A stretch of 64,000 bases of DNA from the human T2T-CHM13v2.0 reference genome, Homo sapiens, in NCBI RefSeq assembly GCF_009914755.1, contig NC_060929.1. The stretch is one strand, 5' to 3'. A model generated the notes under the pieces. That model had not been told where the DNA came from, did not search any database, and saw nothing but the letters and a program-made list of their open reading frames with translations. Below are positions 15,661-30,345 of this stretch, piece after piece (within the stretch, counting starts at the first letter, position 1; every line of letters starts with the position of its first letter). A program made the translations under genes and the position numbers.

Positions 15661-16109
15661 GTGGTCTCTGAGAGTCACTCAAGCCTTGTGGCAAATATGA
15701 ATCTACATGCTTGGGCAGAAAAGTGGCATGATTAAAACAGTAAAGCAATTGCTTTACCAGTTCTGTGCAGAATTGATTGAAGTGAAAAATAATAGAGGAT
15801 TGAAAAGAAGTTACATTTACAAAGTAATCTCCCGGTGGCACAACAGAAAGGACTGGATCTCTAAACTTGGTGCAGAATGGATATTAGAGGCCCATGAATT
15901 GAGAGAGTGGCAATCACATGAAAATTGCTGAAACAGAAAGTAATTATTTGTAGAGGAAAGGGAACATGATAAGCTTATTTTTCAAAGATGTTAAGTGTCA
16001 GGACATGGCAGGATATCTTTAATATTGATGAATGACCAATAAATTAGATTTAGTGGTTTGATATAAGTAGGATAGATGTTACACATTTTTATTACCAATT
16101 TATTGTATT

Positions 16110-17215
16110 GAAGATTTTTTTTAAAAACTGATAAAATTCATATAAGAGCACAAAGGTCCAAGGACAGCCAAGACAAATTTGAAGAAGAGAAACAAAAAGG
16201 ACGGATTCACTCCATTAGATATCATGAGTTCGTGTACTACTTTATCAACTAAAATAATGTGGTGTTAGGAGAGGGTCAACACATCCATGAATGGATTCAC
16301 AGAACCTGCTCTTACATCAGACCTCACTATATACAGATGAGACCTTAAAAGACAGTGGGCGTTGTAAGTAACTTTGCTATCCATATGAAAATAATGTAAT
16401 TAGAACCCTACCTCATGTCGTATTCCAAAATAAATCTCAAATGAATTAAAGACACAAATGTGAACACACAACAAATATATTTTTATAATTCAGGGATGGA
16501 AGGATTTCTTAAACTAAACACAGAAAGCATAAATCTTAAAGGGAAAGGTTTATCAATTTGACTACATCATTGCTGGTGAGAGCAACACATTTAGAGAGCA
16601 TTTGGTAGTATACAGTGAAGGTGAAGATGCATATATTCTAGATCCAGAAAATCTAATTCTTGTTATAGACTTTAAAGAAATTTGAACATTTATGCATAAG
16701 AAGACATGCTGCACAGTACAGCTGTGAAAAATTGGATGCAACCTAAATGCATATTATTAAAATAATGGATAAGTAAATAATAATGGAATAGGATAAGTCA
16801 ATAGTAATGGAATGTTCCATATCTATTAAATTTTTTAAAATCTTAATCCACATGTAGTGATATGGGTAGATCTTAAAAATAAAATATTGAATGAAAATAA
16901 GATGTAGAAAATAAAATTCTCACGAAAAAATACTATATACCAATTAGGGATTCATATAAGTATAGTAAAAATATAGACAATAAATGGTCAGAATATACTT
17001 CTACTTCAGGACAGAAGTTATTTTAGAGAGGGAGAAGGAAAAATAATACCAGGGAAGAGATTAAACATTCTTCAACTCTAAGCACAAGGTTTTATTTTTT
17101 TAATTAATAAAGAAAATCTGTTCATATATTAAAATTCTTAATGGTATGTAATACACATTTGTTATATTACTGTTGATGTTTTTCTATATGTTTGAAATAT
17201 TTCAAGATAAAAAAT
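16110..17215 (+). mobile_element. Ancient L1 (L1ME-like) ORF2 3' part and 3'UTR
   Basis: Degraded L1 motifs: CAGCCAAGACAAATTTGAAGAAG, CCCTACCTCA, AACCTAAATG, AATGGATAAG. Confidence 0.7.
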
Positions 17216-18053
17216 TAGCATTAGTAGCATGCTTTTTTCACTCCAGGAATTTAAATATTATCTGTGTATAATTGTTTGAATTTTAAGGTATTATTATTAC
17301 TGTTTTGGAAGTGTTTGGAAATTCTACCTCAAATTTTCAGAATTTTTTTGTTTTAGTTCTTCATTTCCTCAAATTGTTTAATAAAAATTATATATGAAAG
17401 AAAACACTGGTGTTACAAAGCATTCTTGGCTTATAAAGAAATTCACTGCATGGCTCCACTTCAATTTTGATCATTAATTACTAGATAGACAAGGAAAAAT
17501 GAAAGCTAGAGTCCAGGGACCATTACCAATGGGAAGTATAGTATGCTAGTGGGTTAATAAAATTCGATTCACTAAAATTTACTCCCTAATACTTTTCAAA
17601 CATGGAAGTGCTCTGTAAAATGAGATATACCAGTAAATTCCATAGTGTAATTCAGGCTCTTGGGACTTTAGACCCCTTTGATCTTGTCACAAATTGGCTC
17701 CTGGAAACCAGAAGGCCTCCAGGACTCAAGTCTCCAGGGACCTTACCCCTGAAGCATCTCAAAACAAATAAAGTGGCTGAGACAGACGCTGGACCCAGAC
17801 AGAATGGCAACCATTTCACGAAATTAACCCCAAACGATATGAACAGACAATTCTCCACATGTAATTATGGTTTTTGTTATTTTTCCCCCATGAAAGCATT
17901 CTGTTACTTTGGCTTAAATGCAACAGATAGAGGTATTCAGCCTGGGCTAGCCATATTTCCGATCCATATTTCAATAGATTATCCTGAATTGGCCTCCTGG
18001 AAGCATTTATGCTGACCAGTTTTGAAAACCTCTTTGTCAGCCCTCACCCTTAC

Positions 18054-18153
18054 CTGCTAACACCCGCCGTAATGGATGAAAGCAGGGGGTGACGATAATC
18101 ACTGTCTGCTGCCCAGCCCCGAGTGAGCTGCCTGAGTCTGCACAACAGTCCGT
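18054..18153 (-). other. Candidate 100-bp internal exon (minus strand)
   Basis: Minus-strand acceptor (long T tract)CTCCAG| and donor CAG|GTAAGG; CpG-containing body. Confidence 0.45.
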
Positions 18154-19804
18154 CTGGAGAAAAAAAAAAAAAAAAGAAAAAGGAAATAAGGGGCGTAATT
18201 CAATGAATACTTGGAAACCAAGCTCGAGGGTTTCTTTTTCCTTTTAAAGGAGTAGTGATATCAGAAGCAGGATTATGAAAAAGAAAGAGTTAGTAAAAAT
18301 AGGATCTTTGTGAATTAGAATAGTGAGGCCATTTCAAATTGAATTACACAGGATCATGGCAATTAGAATTGGAAAAGATCTTTCAGTCTTTCTCTGTCAA
18401 AGCATGATTACTCCCAATGGGATATTCTTCCAGGCTTAGTCCAGTCCAATTTTGAATGATTCAAGTGATCGAGCCTTCTCAGCTTCTCTTGGGATATCAT
18501 TTCAGAGTCTGAAATAGCTAATTGCTAGGAGATCCCCCCTCCTATTTTTCTTTGCCTTATTTCCATTATTCTGTTTTGTATTTCCCCGACTCACCTTAAA
18601 ACTATTTGAATTTAATTTTAAGTGCATATGAGCAACACAAAATGACTAAACCCAGCTGAGGCTGGGTCATTATGACTCAGTTTATGTCTCTCACTCTCTT
18701 TCACACACACACACGAATATTTGCATATGCATACAACAAACATACATACATTCACACACGTATTCACATGCATACGCACACAATTAGAAAATGTTATGCA
18801 GCCACAATGTGATTTTTTTAAGAAAAGTTTTATGAGAAAAATTAATAAAGGCCCCTAACTTTTAGATCATTCATTGATTTTTTAAAAATCACAAAAACAT
18901 CAATAACCTACTGCTTTAAAACTGATAGAGGCAACAAAGAGAAAACCTAAATGTTATTTTGCTTGTGAATATTTTTTAACATGAATAAAATAATATGATC
19001 TTTTAATATAGTATTATATTAACTATAATCTATTTAGCATAATTAGCATAAATAATATAGATATAAAATATGGTACTAATACCATAATTATATTTATAAA
19101 AAATATTTTATTCAAACTTTTTAAATCCATTGAAACAACACTGACTCACATATATATATAATTTTATGGATGGACTTGTTCTTACACTAAATATGGTTTG
19201 AGCTTTGAGTAAGTTTGAGAGCCTGTGGGAACAGCTTGAGGTATTCAAGGTTAATGGAGGTTGCTTAAGGGTATTTAAATTTGATCAAAGAATTTATATA
19301 GCTTTCCATGTCTTTTCCAAAGAGCTACCCCAAAGTATTTTTCACACCTGTCAATCAACCAGCCAATATCCAATCAGGTAGGAATCTGAGTACTCGGAAA
19401 ACAGAGAAAAATGTAAACAAATGATTTTAGCTTTCTTCAAAGTATGAAATTCATCGTTTTCATGGGCATGATTTTTTATATCATTCATTCATAAAATTTA
19501 ATCTGAAACAAACCTTAGAGATCATGTAGCTCCGTGACTTTACAGTCATGGTCTGGAATAATTATAAAAAGAGTCTTTGCAGCAATTTAAACTTTTGAAT
19601 TTGTCAGTTGAATAAGTTTTCATTAAATATGTGTATTGAACATGTTTTTACTTTAAATTTCTTTATAAATCTTCTAAAAATTATAGGAAAGGAATTTAAA
19701 AAAACAAAAGAAATGTGAGAGGAGATACTAAAGACACACACTTACACATTTTTTGGAAGATAAAAGCAAATGGAATAGTAAATAAATAAGCTGAATGAAA
19801 GAGC

Positions 19805-20010
19805 TGATAATACTTAACAATTTTGGAACATTCATTATGTGCTAAGCATTATTACAAAGCTTCACATAATTTATTTTAGTTAATATTATGATAATGCTGT
19901 GAGGTAAGTAACATTATCTCCATTTAATAGGTGATGAAGCTGAGGCAGAGCGAGTTCACAAGAAAGCTGTTAAGTGGTAGAACTGGTACATAAATCCAGA
20001 GAATCTAACT
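19805..20010 (-). mobile_element. MIR
   Basis: CATTATCTCCATTTAATAGGTGATGAAGCTGAGGCAGAG antisense MIR core. Confidence 0.75.
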
Positions 20011-20519
20011 CTCACGGCTATACAAAGGGGAGTATCAATGACAAACAAGCTAAATTGCCCCTCCAAACCTTGAAAAGGCTCTGTAATTGGGGGCACTTTC
20101 ACTGGAAGGTAGAAGGAGTGATTGACAGGACTAAAACAGAGTGATTAGGTGAAAGACTAGAAAGAAAACACAGGCTACTAGCTCCCTTTTACCCCTTCAA
20201 GTGGGGCAGAGGATTGGAAGATTCTTTATGGCAGAAACTGAATCTCCTTAAAACAATACTTGCACTAACTGACATCATGGGTTCCTATATAAAAGCCAGC
20301 TGAATACCTGAAGCCCACAAAGTGCCTAACTGTCTACACATCCTATCCATGTACAGAGAACTTCCAATTAGATTTTACGGCATCACTCTTGATGTCTATT
20401 TCTGTGGACCGCTTTATCTCTTGATAGTAGGTTGCTTTTCCCTTGCTTTTTTGTGTCTTATTATCTTTGATTGAATGCTAGGTAGTGTGTGCAGAAGACC
20501 AATGGAGACTGAGGAAAAC

Positions 20520-21790
20520 ATCATTTGAATATGTATGTGAAAAAAGTAAACCTTTACCTCTATCTCATAAGATACACAAAATTAGTTAAAGATCGATCAT
20601 ACACCTAATTATAAAAAAATGAAGTGTTTAGAAGAATTTATAGGAGAACATATCCATGATCCTATAGTAGAAAAAATTTCCTAAAGGGCACGAAAAGCAC
20701 TAACCAAAAAAAAAAGTAAATTGATATGTTGGACTTCATTAAAATTAAGGAACTTGGGTCATCACAAGATATTATTAACACAATAAAAACTAAAGACACA
20801 AATAGGATGGATATATTTGTAATAAATATCTGATGTCTGACAAAACGCTAATGAGATCATACAAAGAACTCCTTCAGATAAGTAAAAGACAACCTAATTT
20901 GTAAAAATGACTGAGAGACTTGAAAACAAATACAACAAAAGAGTATACGGAAATGTCTAAAAACATAGGAAAATGCACTTAACATTGGTCATCAGGGATA
21001 CGACTAAAATGACAATGGGAAGTCACCATAAAACCACCATAATGGCTTAAATTGAAAAAACTGACAACATCAAGTGTTGGGGAAGATCTGGAGTAATTTG
21101 AACTCTTACACATTGTTACCTGGTGTGAGCATAAATTGATGCAACTATTTTGGAAAACTGTTCATCAGTGTCACCAAATCTAAACACATACCAACCACAC
21201 AACTCAGGAATTCTCCTCCTAGGTATTTACCCAAGAGAATTTGGTACATACGTCTACCAAAACTTGGTAAAAGAATGTTCATAGTATTTTTTTTCATAAT
21301 AGCCTCAAATTGAAAATTATCAAAATATCAATGGGAAAATGGATAAAATATTTATAACATGTATACACAGTGGAATATTTATACAATAGTTATTAAATTA
21401 ACAGCACTTAGAATAATAATAGTAATTGTAATCACAATTACAATTTTTAAAAAAAGAATCAGCTATTACTACATGTAACAACATGGATAAATCTCATAGG
21501 CAACATTTTTAGTAAAAAACTACTTAGAAAAACATATATATTTTATGTTTTGTTTATATGAAGTTTAAGTAAAGCCCAAAATATCTATGGTATTATTAGT
21601 TAGGATAGTGATTACCTCTGGAGGTTATTATCTGGGGTGGTGGAAATATTCTATATTTTGATTGGATATTGTTATATAAGTTTATACATATGCAAAAATT
21701 TATCAAACTGTTCATTTAAGATCATCGTGCATTAATGAATATACATTACTTACTCCTTAATGAAAAATGTTAGAAGTTCTTTTAAAAAAA
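20520..21790 (+). mobile_element. Ancient L1 (L1ME/L1MC-like) 3' portion
   Basis: TTGGACTTCATTAAAATTAAG, CAAGTGTTGG, CTCCTAGGTATTTACCCAAGAGAA, ACATGGATAAATCTC motifs. Confidence 0.8.
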
Positions 21791-22239
21791 AATGGTCAGC
21801 TAAGGTCATCACACATTTGAGGAAAACCTCTAAAACAGAACACAGATAAAACAATAATTATTTTTCTCACAGAGTCAAGAGGCTACATATATGACATCTA
21901 TGAAATAGTGAAATTTTTTTTAAAAAGATGGAGAACAAGAGATAGTTATTTAAAAAAGGATAAATAAAATGTAAACATTTCATATAAAATAAAGTTAAAG
22001 TTATCTAGAAAGCAGAAAAAATATTGTGAGATAGTCAATAAAAAATTAGATTTTTTAAAAATTTAGTTTCTCCAGGCAAACATGCTTATCACATGTCACA
22101 GTAGTCCTTGCCACTGATGATTTCACTCTTCTAACCCTGCAAAGGACTTGCGCATATTATCCCAAAACAAGGCTGCTGAGTGCTACAATACTATCGATGT
22201 GTTTTTTGGTCCATTTTTGTCAACTCATCCTCGTGTATG

Positions 22240-22520
22240 TTTCTTTTTCTCTCTTTCTCTCTTTTTTTAAGATATGGTCTTGCTCTGTCACCCAGGCTGG
22301 AGTGCAGTGACATGCTCATGGCTCGCTACAGCCTTGACCTCCCAGGCTCAAGAGATCGTCCCATGTCAGCCTCCCAAGTAGGTGGGCCCACAGGCATGCG
22401 CCCCTATGCCTGGCTAATTTCTTTTATTTTTTGTAGAGACTGGGACTTGGGCTCAAGCAGTCCTCCTGCCTCAGCCTCTCAAAGTGCTGGGATTACAGGC
22501 ATGAGCCACCACACCTGGCT
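22240..22520 (-). mobile_element. AluJ with internal deletion
   Basis: Antisense Alu with GGCTCAAG J diagnostics; ~35 bp (the CTATGTTGCCCAGGCTGGTCTC segment) missing near 22445. Confidence 0.88.
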
Positions 22521-22529
22521 GGTGTACAT

Positions 22530-22980
22530 TTCTCTAGAGTAAAAGAACCACAAACACACACACATACACGTATATGTGTGTGTACGTGTATACATGCTAT
22601 ACATATATACGCATATATGTATGTGTATACATATATACGCATATATGTATGTGTATACATATATACGCATGTATGTATGTGTATACATATATACGCATGT
22701 ATGTATGTGTATACATATATACGCATGTATGTATGTGTATACATATATACGCATGTATGTATGTGTATACATATATACGTATAGTATGTATGTGTATACA
22801 TATATACGTATATATGTATGTGTATACATATATACATATAGTATGTATGTGTATACATATATACATATATGTGTTTGTACATGTTTATACATATATACAT
22901 ACATGTTTAGATATACGTTTATATGTATATATGTATACACATACATTATATATAGTTATATACACATACATATGTGTGTA

Positions 22981-23040
<60 letters not shown>

Positions 23041-23447
23041 TTATTACAAGGAACTGGCTTACATGATTATGGAGGCTGAGAAGTCCAGACCCAGGAGAAC
23101 CTATAGTGTAGTTCCATCTGAGTCTGAAGGTCTGAGAAGCAGGCGAGCTGATGGTGTTAGTTCGAATCCATGTGCAAAGACAGAAGAAAAACTATGTCCC
23201 AGCTGGAAAACTGTCAGAGAGAAAGAACTTTTTCTTACTCAGTCTTGTATTCTTTTCAAACCTTCAATTGATTGAATGAGGCCCACCCACACTGGGAGAG
23301 ACGGGCAAATCTGCCTGACTGGGTCTACTGATTCAATTATTAATCTCAGCCAGAAGCACCCTCATAGATACACCCAGAATAATGTTAGACTATATATCTG
23401 GGCACCTTATGGCCCAGTCAAGATGCCACATATACTCATTCATCACA
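22530..23447 (-). mobile_element. MLT2 (ERVL) LTR with expanded internal simple repeat
   Basis: TTCTCTAGAG..AGAACCA, AAGGAACTGGCTTACATGATTATGGAGGCTGAGAAGTCC, TGAGGCCCACCCACACT, GGCCCAGTCAAG...CATCACA are MLT2 hallmarks. Confidence 0.82.
22551..23040. repeat. (CA/TA/TG)n simple repeat containing a 28-bp minisatellite, ending in (TA)n(GA)n
   Basis: Unit ACATATATACGCATRTATGTATGTGTAT repeated ~9-10 times from 22601 to ~22870. Confidence 0.95.
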
Positions 23448-23929
23448 CTTCATAACAACTATTTCTTCACCTATAATTGGCCACTATAATTTTTTGAACA
23501 AAATTGAGAAAACATATTCATTAACTTTTACATACTTTTATTTGGTAGATGAAGTTTCAAAAGATGGTCTATTTGAGAAAGAACATAACAAATATGGTCC
23601 TTGGTGGTTAACAAAAATAAAATGGTAAGAGAAGTGGGAATAGTTTGACCCAGACCTTTTGATATGTCACAGTACTTATTATCATTTAACCCTCTGTACT
23701 GATCCATTTTAAAATATTGCATGTTATCATTTCAAAATCAATTCTGCTCATCTTAAATAAATCATTGTACATTATAAAAATTTGGATAATATGGTAAGAC
23801 ACAGAGAAAAAAATCAACCATGATTCTTCAGCACAGAGATGATTACTATCGATAGTTAAGAATTCTATGTTCTTTTTTCTCTGTCACCATATACACGTTT
23901 TGGAGGGCAAAACTGATATCATACAGAAA

Positions 23930-24790
<861 letters not shown>

Positions 24791-25974
24791 AAATTAAGCA
24801 TATCAGGACAAACAATTTTCAAACGCTTTTCCTCTTTTGTTGTTACTTTTGTTTGTTTAACAAATTATACATGTCAACATGAAGGAACATTTGTGAATGG
24901 AAAGATAAGTGAAAACACCAGGGTCAAAAGGCTTAACAGGAAGCATATACTACTTTAAACATGGCTGTGTTTGAAAAACATAGCCGAAGAGTTCATCACT
25001 AAATCAAAAAGCAGAAGTCTGGAAGAATTGTTCTTACAGTTAAAATGTATTTTTGGGAGTCTCTCCTATGTTTGTGTTACATAAGCAAGGCATTAACAGG
25101 ATAAAGTCTCTCCCAAAAACCTACTAAGAAGTCAATTCTTTGAACGACAATGGAAATTGTTCTTTTCAGAAATGAATATGTCTTTTGGCTAAACATGGAT
25201 AAAAGCTTTTGCTCAATATGGCATAATAACTCCAGCAGGCTCACAGCAGCAAAACTAAGTCTGTCTCAAAGTGTCTTATTACAATGAAATCAAATGTAAC
25301 CTCTTAAACCCAAGACGTAAATCACTCACTTTTCTCTTCTTTCAAACAGTTTTTGAGTATATTACCATAAATACTACCTGTCACAAGACTGACAGCTGTC
25401 AGTAGCTCAAAAATATGAATAAAATTGAAAATGCATTTGAATATGGGAATCATAATAGCATTTTGTAGAGAGGTGACAGTAATAATAGGCTATGGCAGAC
25501 AAGAAAAAAAAAACCCTCAGTAATAGTAAAATCTAGAAAACTTTCTTCAAATTAAATAAAATCCCAAATCAGTCTTACCAGAGTTATATTTCCACCAAAT
25601 ATAACAGTCAATAAAATACTACTGGCCCTCAGTAGTCTGTAGCACTGGCAAATTGAGTTCACTTTGTGAATTTTTATATTGAAAGTATATATCAAGTTGC
25701 AGGGCATAATTTCAAAACTGCACAATCTGAGTTTATGTTTCATTCCAAATGATACCTGAAACTCTCATTAATAGTTCTCCAACAAGGTAAAAATTAACCT
25801 CTCCTGAATTTTAAATTACATTTTTAAATCATTAGCTGAAATGAATAAATCCCAGTTATTTAAATAAATACAGACTTTTAAATGACCCAAGTCAATGTAT
25901 TTTAGATAAAAGAAGTTTTTTCCAAATGTTCAAACTCAATTTGTATCTCTTTTGCATTTTCTGATTTTAAAAAC

Positions 25975-26490
25975 ATAGTATTACACGCAGCAACTTAGGT
26001 GAAGCTCAAGGACATTATGCTAAATACAAAAAGCCAACCCAACGTTTATATACTTTATGATTCCATTTGTACAACCTCCTTGAAATGACAAAGAGATGGA
26101 GAAAAGATTAGTGGTTGTCGGGGTTAGGGGTGGAGGTAGGTGTGACTAATAAAGGGATAGCATGACAGACTTTCTTTGTGTTGCTTGAATACTTCTGTAT
26201 CTTGATTGTGGTAGTAGTTATAGAAATCTATACATGAAATAAAATCGCATAGAACAACACACACACACGCACACAAACACACGAGTGCATTTAAAAACTG
26301 GTGAAAATTGAACAAAGTCTGTTGTCTATTGAATGTTTTGTACCCATGTCAGTTTCCTGGTTTTGATATTGTGCTACAGCTATATAAGATGTCACCACCG
26401 GAAGAAACTGCTTGAAGGGCTCATGAGGCTCTATGTATTAATTTTGCAACTTTCTGTGTATCTATGATTATTTCAAAATAAAATGTTTTT
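25975..26490 (+). mobile_element. L1MD-like 3'UTR
   Basis: ATGATTCCATTT, GATTAGTGGTTG, TGTATCTTGATTGTGGT, GTTTCCTGGTTTTGATATTGT, terminal AATAAA. Confidence 0.78.
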
Positions 26491-26729
26491 TAAAACACAA
26501 TATCCATTCAGTCAAACTTTCAAAGTCATATAGACAATTGTTAGAAAGAAAGCAAATTAGAGCTCTTAGCAGCCAAATTATATGTCAAGAATTCACGCAC
26601 TAACAAATTCATTTTATTTATTGGAGAATTCCTCAGGTTCTCATGAAATGCCTATTTGCTCTTCAAATGCATTTTTTTTGTACTTGATAATCTGGTTTCC
26701 ACAACTATAACAGACACATTCACTCAATG

Positions 26730-26880
26730 CTGTACCTCAGGCTAAATAAATCAGCAGCTCTGAGGTTAGAGACAAACACCTTGATTTAAAACAAACAAAC
26801 AAACAAACAACAACAACAACAAAAAAAAACTACTGTCCCCAGGTGATCCTGATATGCAGCCAGGATTGAAAACCATGGCT
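26730..26880. mobile_element. MER5 fragment with (AAAC)n insert
   Basis: CCCCAGGTGATCCTGATATGCAGCCAGGATTGAAAACCA terminus. Confidence 0.6.
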
Positions 26881-26883
26881 ATA

Positions 26884-27330
26884 AATGGTAATCGAACCTA
26901 CCAGAGTGGATGAGATCATCCAAAGAGATTGTATGGCAGTGGTTCTAAACCTTGGCTGCATAAAGGAATCACCTGGAAACTCTAAAATTTACTGATGTCT
27001 GGTTCCTCTCCCCAGAGAATCTGATTTACTCGGTCTGGGGTATAGCCTGGGAATCAGGATTTGGAAAAGCTCCCCAGTGCTTGTAATAATCAATCAAGGT
27101 TGTCAACCACTGTTACACATATACAGAAATAAGAAAGGTCAAAGTCAGAACCCTGAGGAATATTGACTTTAAATCATGAAAAGAGAAACTCATAAAGATA
27201 ATCATAGAAATGTAGAAATAAGGGCAAAAAAGGACTAGAAAATGGCATTATAGAAGCCAGAAGAAGCAAGTATTTTAAGAAGTAGAAAATAGACAACAAT
27301 ATCCAATGCAACTAAGAAGTACAGTAAGGT
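26884..27330 (-). mobile_element. L2 fragment interrupted by MER5
   Basis: GAGTGGATGAGATCATCC...CAGAACCCTGAGGAA...AGAAGCCA L2 motifs. Confidence 0.6.
26937..27112. mobile_element. MER5A/MER5A1
   Basis: TIRs CAGTGGTTCTAAACCTT...AAGGTTGTCAACCACTG. Confidence 0.85.
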
Positions 27331-28204
27331 GACAACAGTAATCATAGCCATTAATTATAGTACTTGCTACATTCAGGGAGTAGGTAGACACTTGACAAGA
27401 ATTACCACATTACATTTTTACAACAAACTCATGAATTTCATGAGTAAATAATAAATAACAAAATGATTACTGTTTTCATTGGAAATTGGAGGTGAAAGAG
27501 GGCACGGAACTTCCTGTGATGGCACATCTGGTTAAGGACAAAATCAGATCTACAGCCTACAGTCTGGAAAGTGTTGAATTTAGCTCCACAGAGCTCTCAG
27601 CTTTAGATTTTTATTTTGCTTGTGTGGTATATTTTGGGATGCGCTTCCAGGGCAACACTCCTCCCTTATTATCGGAAACTTTTCTCTTTATTTGTCCCTA
27701 ATATTTATGTTCTAGTCAATTTGATTTTGATTCCTCCTAGTGTATCCTGAAAACTCATGAAGGAAGATTTGTCAGGTATCCCTGAAATTCTGGAAGATGT
27801 AACCTGACACAGCATGGTGGAATCTTCCCAGGGTTGTGCAGTTTTTTGCATTTACTTACAATCTGAATCCTGTGAGGACTTTCCTCACTTTTGCTGGTTG
27901 TTGTCAGACCCTTCCCCCAGGTAGCATAGTGTCCCCTCTTTTGGGAGGTATGTGTTGATGATTTTTTTTTATTTCCCTGGCTTGTACGATACGTCGGTAG
28001 ACATCTTTTTTATTTCCCTACCAGCCCTACCACACAATTATTTATCTTGGTGCTTTGTGCATGCTCCCTTCTATTCTGGAATATGTAGGGATTCTTTTTC
28101 CCAGTTTTTTGAATACATCATCCATAATTTTCCCCCTACAATCCTAATTAGTCTGCTTTGTTTTCAGGGGGAGTTTCTGGGAGACTAAAAGACTCCACTG
28201 TCAT

Positions 28205-28780
28205 ATCTACTAAAGCTAAACAGTGGATAAGGCCTACACTATGACCCAGCCCTCTCATTCCTAGGTATATTCCCAATAAAAGTGCATACATATGTTTTCA
28301 AAATGTATGTAAATGAATATCCACAGCAACACTATTTATGATAGCCCCAAACTTGAAACAACCCAAATGTCATTTGTATAATGGACACATAAACTTTGGT
28401 ATATTTATACAATGAAATTCTATATAGCAATGAAAATGAACAAACTACAACTATCTTTAACAGCAAAAATGTATCTCATAAATGTAACACTGAGAAAAAG
28501 AAGCCTGACAAAAGAGTAAATATTGTATGCTTCCATAATAACAAGTCCAAAGCTATTTGGAGACAAAATAGTAGTTACTTTTGTAAATGGAAGGAAAGAG
28601 TAGCACAGGAAGGATCAAGAAAGCCCAGGAAGGCTTTTGTGTTTCTGAGAATGTTTTTTTTCTTGATGTGGGGGCTGGTTAAATTGGTTTGTTTGCTCTG
28701 CAAAAATTTATTCAGCTGTATGTTTATGATCTGTACATTCTTTTCCATGTATGTCAAATTATGATTAAAATTTTACATAA
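28205..28780 (+). mobile_element. L1ME-like 3' fragment
   Basis: CTATGACCCAGC..TTCCTAGGTATAT, GATAGCCCCAAACTTGAAACAACCCAAATGTC. Confidence 0.72.
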
Positions 28781-30345
28781 AATATGTACATACTAGCAAA
28801 ATGCACTGAAATGCTATATAATTTGCATGTTAATGAAATGAATCCAACTGTACATCAGCTGGAAAGAAAAAAGATACATTTATAAAATCCTCCTGTCACA
28901 GTGATAAGTCCCTATAAGCATATTACATCTGCAATCAAAAGGAAGAGTTAGGCCTCTGTGTTATTAGCCATCATAGTCACCAGGATGTAAAAATACACAT
29001 GAAATTTAGCAGCTTTGCAAGTACATGTTTTAGGACTACAAGACTGATAAATGTTCTTCACTTACCTTTAATAAATAAAAACATGACCTTCTTCCCTTAA
29101 ACGTTATCTAGAGACAATTCTAGATTTCCCCATGAAAGTAGGACCAAAACTGGAAGTTTCTCATCACTTATGTAAGATTCTTAGCAGTTGCCAGTCTGTC
29201 CAAACAAGTAAAAAGCTGAACAAACTGAAAAATCAATAATTCTTAGATTAATCAGGGAAATGAGGTCACAGGGCAAACTGCTACCCCCAGAACTGGAGAG
29301 ACAGAAAGGTAGACACAGAGAATCACAACTTACCTGAGACAGAGCCTCTGTAGGAAGCAGTGCTGGGGTAGGAAAACCTAAAGTGTAACCGATGAAATGC
29401 TGGAGGCTTGGTGTAGACAAGCCTCAGAGTTAAAAACTCCAGGAGGACCCAATCACAGAGAAGCCCCACACTTTTGTGAGTCCTACCACCTGGAGCTCTA
29501 TTAGGTTCTCATGGTAAATATGTAAGAAAAATCCCCTGGTGCTTCTGGAGGGAAGGAGAAAAAAACATATACAAAACATACCAAAGCATTCTGCTCTTCT
29601 TAACACAGCCTGCCCTCAGGGGAAAGTATTTTACTACAGCCCAAACTTCTGGGGTATTCTCTGGGCCTAACTGACCTGGGGGAAGGGAGATACCCAGCTC
29701 CAGCTCCCTCTGGCCTTCTATGTGGGAGAAGGGAAATATCCAACTCCAGCCCCTTCTAGCCATCCTGTCCCACCTAAGGGGTGAAAAACTGAGAAGCACC
29801 CATGAAGTTCACAGCCCAAAGGCACAGACTTACCAAAAGATTGAAACCTAATCATAGGACTATAGAACACTTCCTCTCCCCCAACACCTTATTACTACAT
29901 CACTGAAGTTTAGCTATCAATAAAAAATCATAAGACATATTAAAGAGGCAACAACAGCTTGAAGATAATGAACAAACATCAGAACCGGAGTCAGATATGG
30001 CAGGAATGTTGGAATTATCAGACCAGAAATTAAAAAACAACTATAATTAATATGCTTTAATTAAAATGGATTTAATGGATTTAAGTACACAACATGCAAG
30101 AACAGATAGATAACGTATGCAGAGAGATTTAAAAAATCAAGGAGAAATGCTAGATGTAAAAAGAAAATATCAAAAAGAAATGCTAAAGATTAAAAACGTT
30201 GTAAAATAAATGAGTAACTTTGATGGGCTCATTAGTAGACTGGACATGGCTGAGGAAAGAATCTCTTAACAACAATAGAAACTTCTAAAACTGAAAAGCA
30301 AAGAGAAAAAAGACTGAATAAAGCCAGTACAGAATTCTAAGAATA

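Noticed and set aside
22479-23079. Six overlapping long ORFs rich in Y/I/C/M/H
   Set aside because: Artefacts of the stop-free TA/CA tandem repeat.
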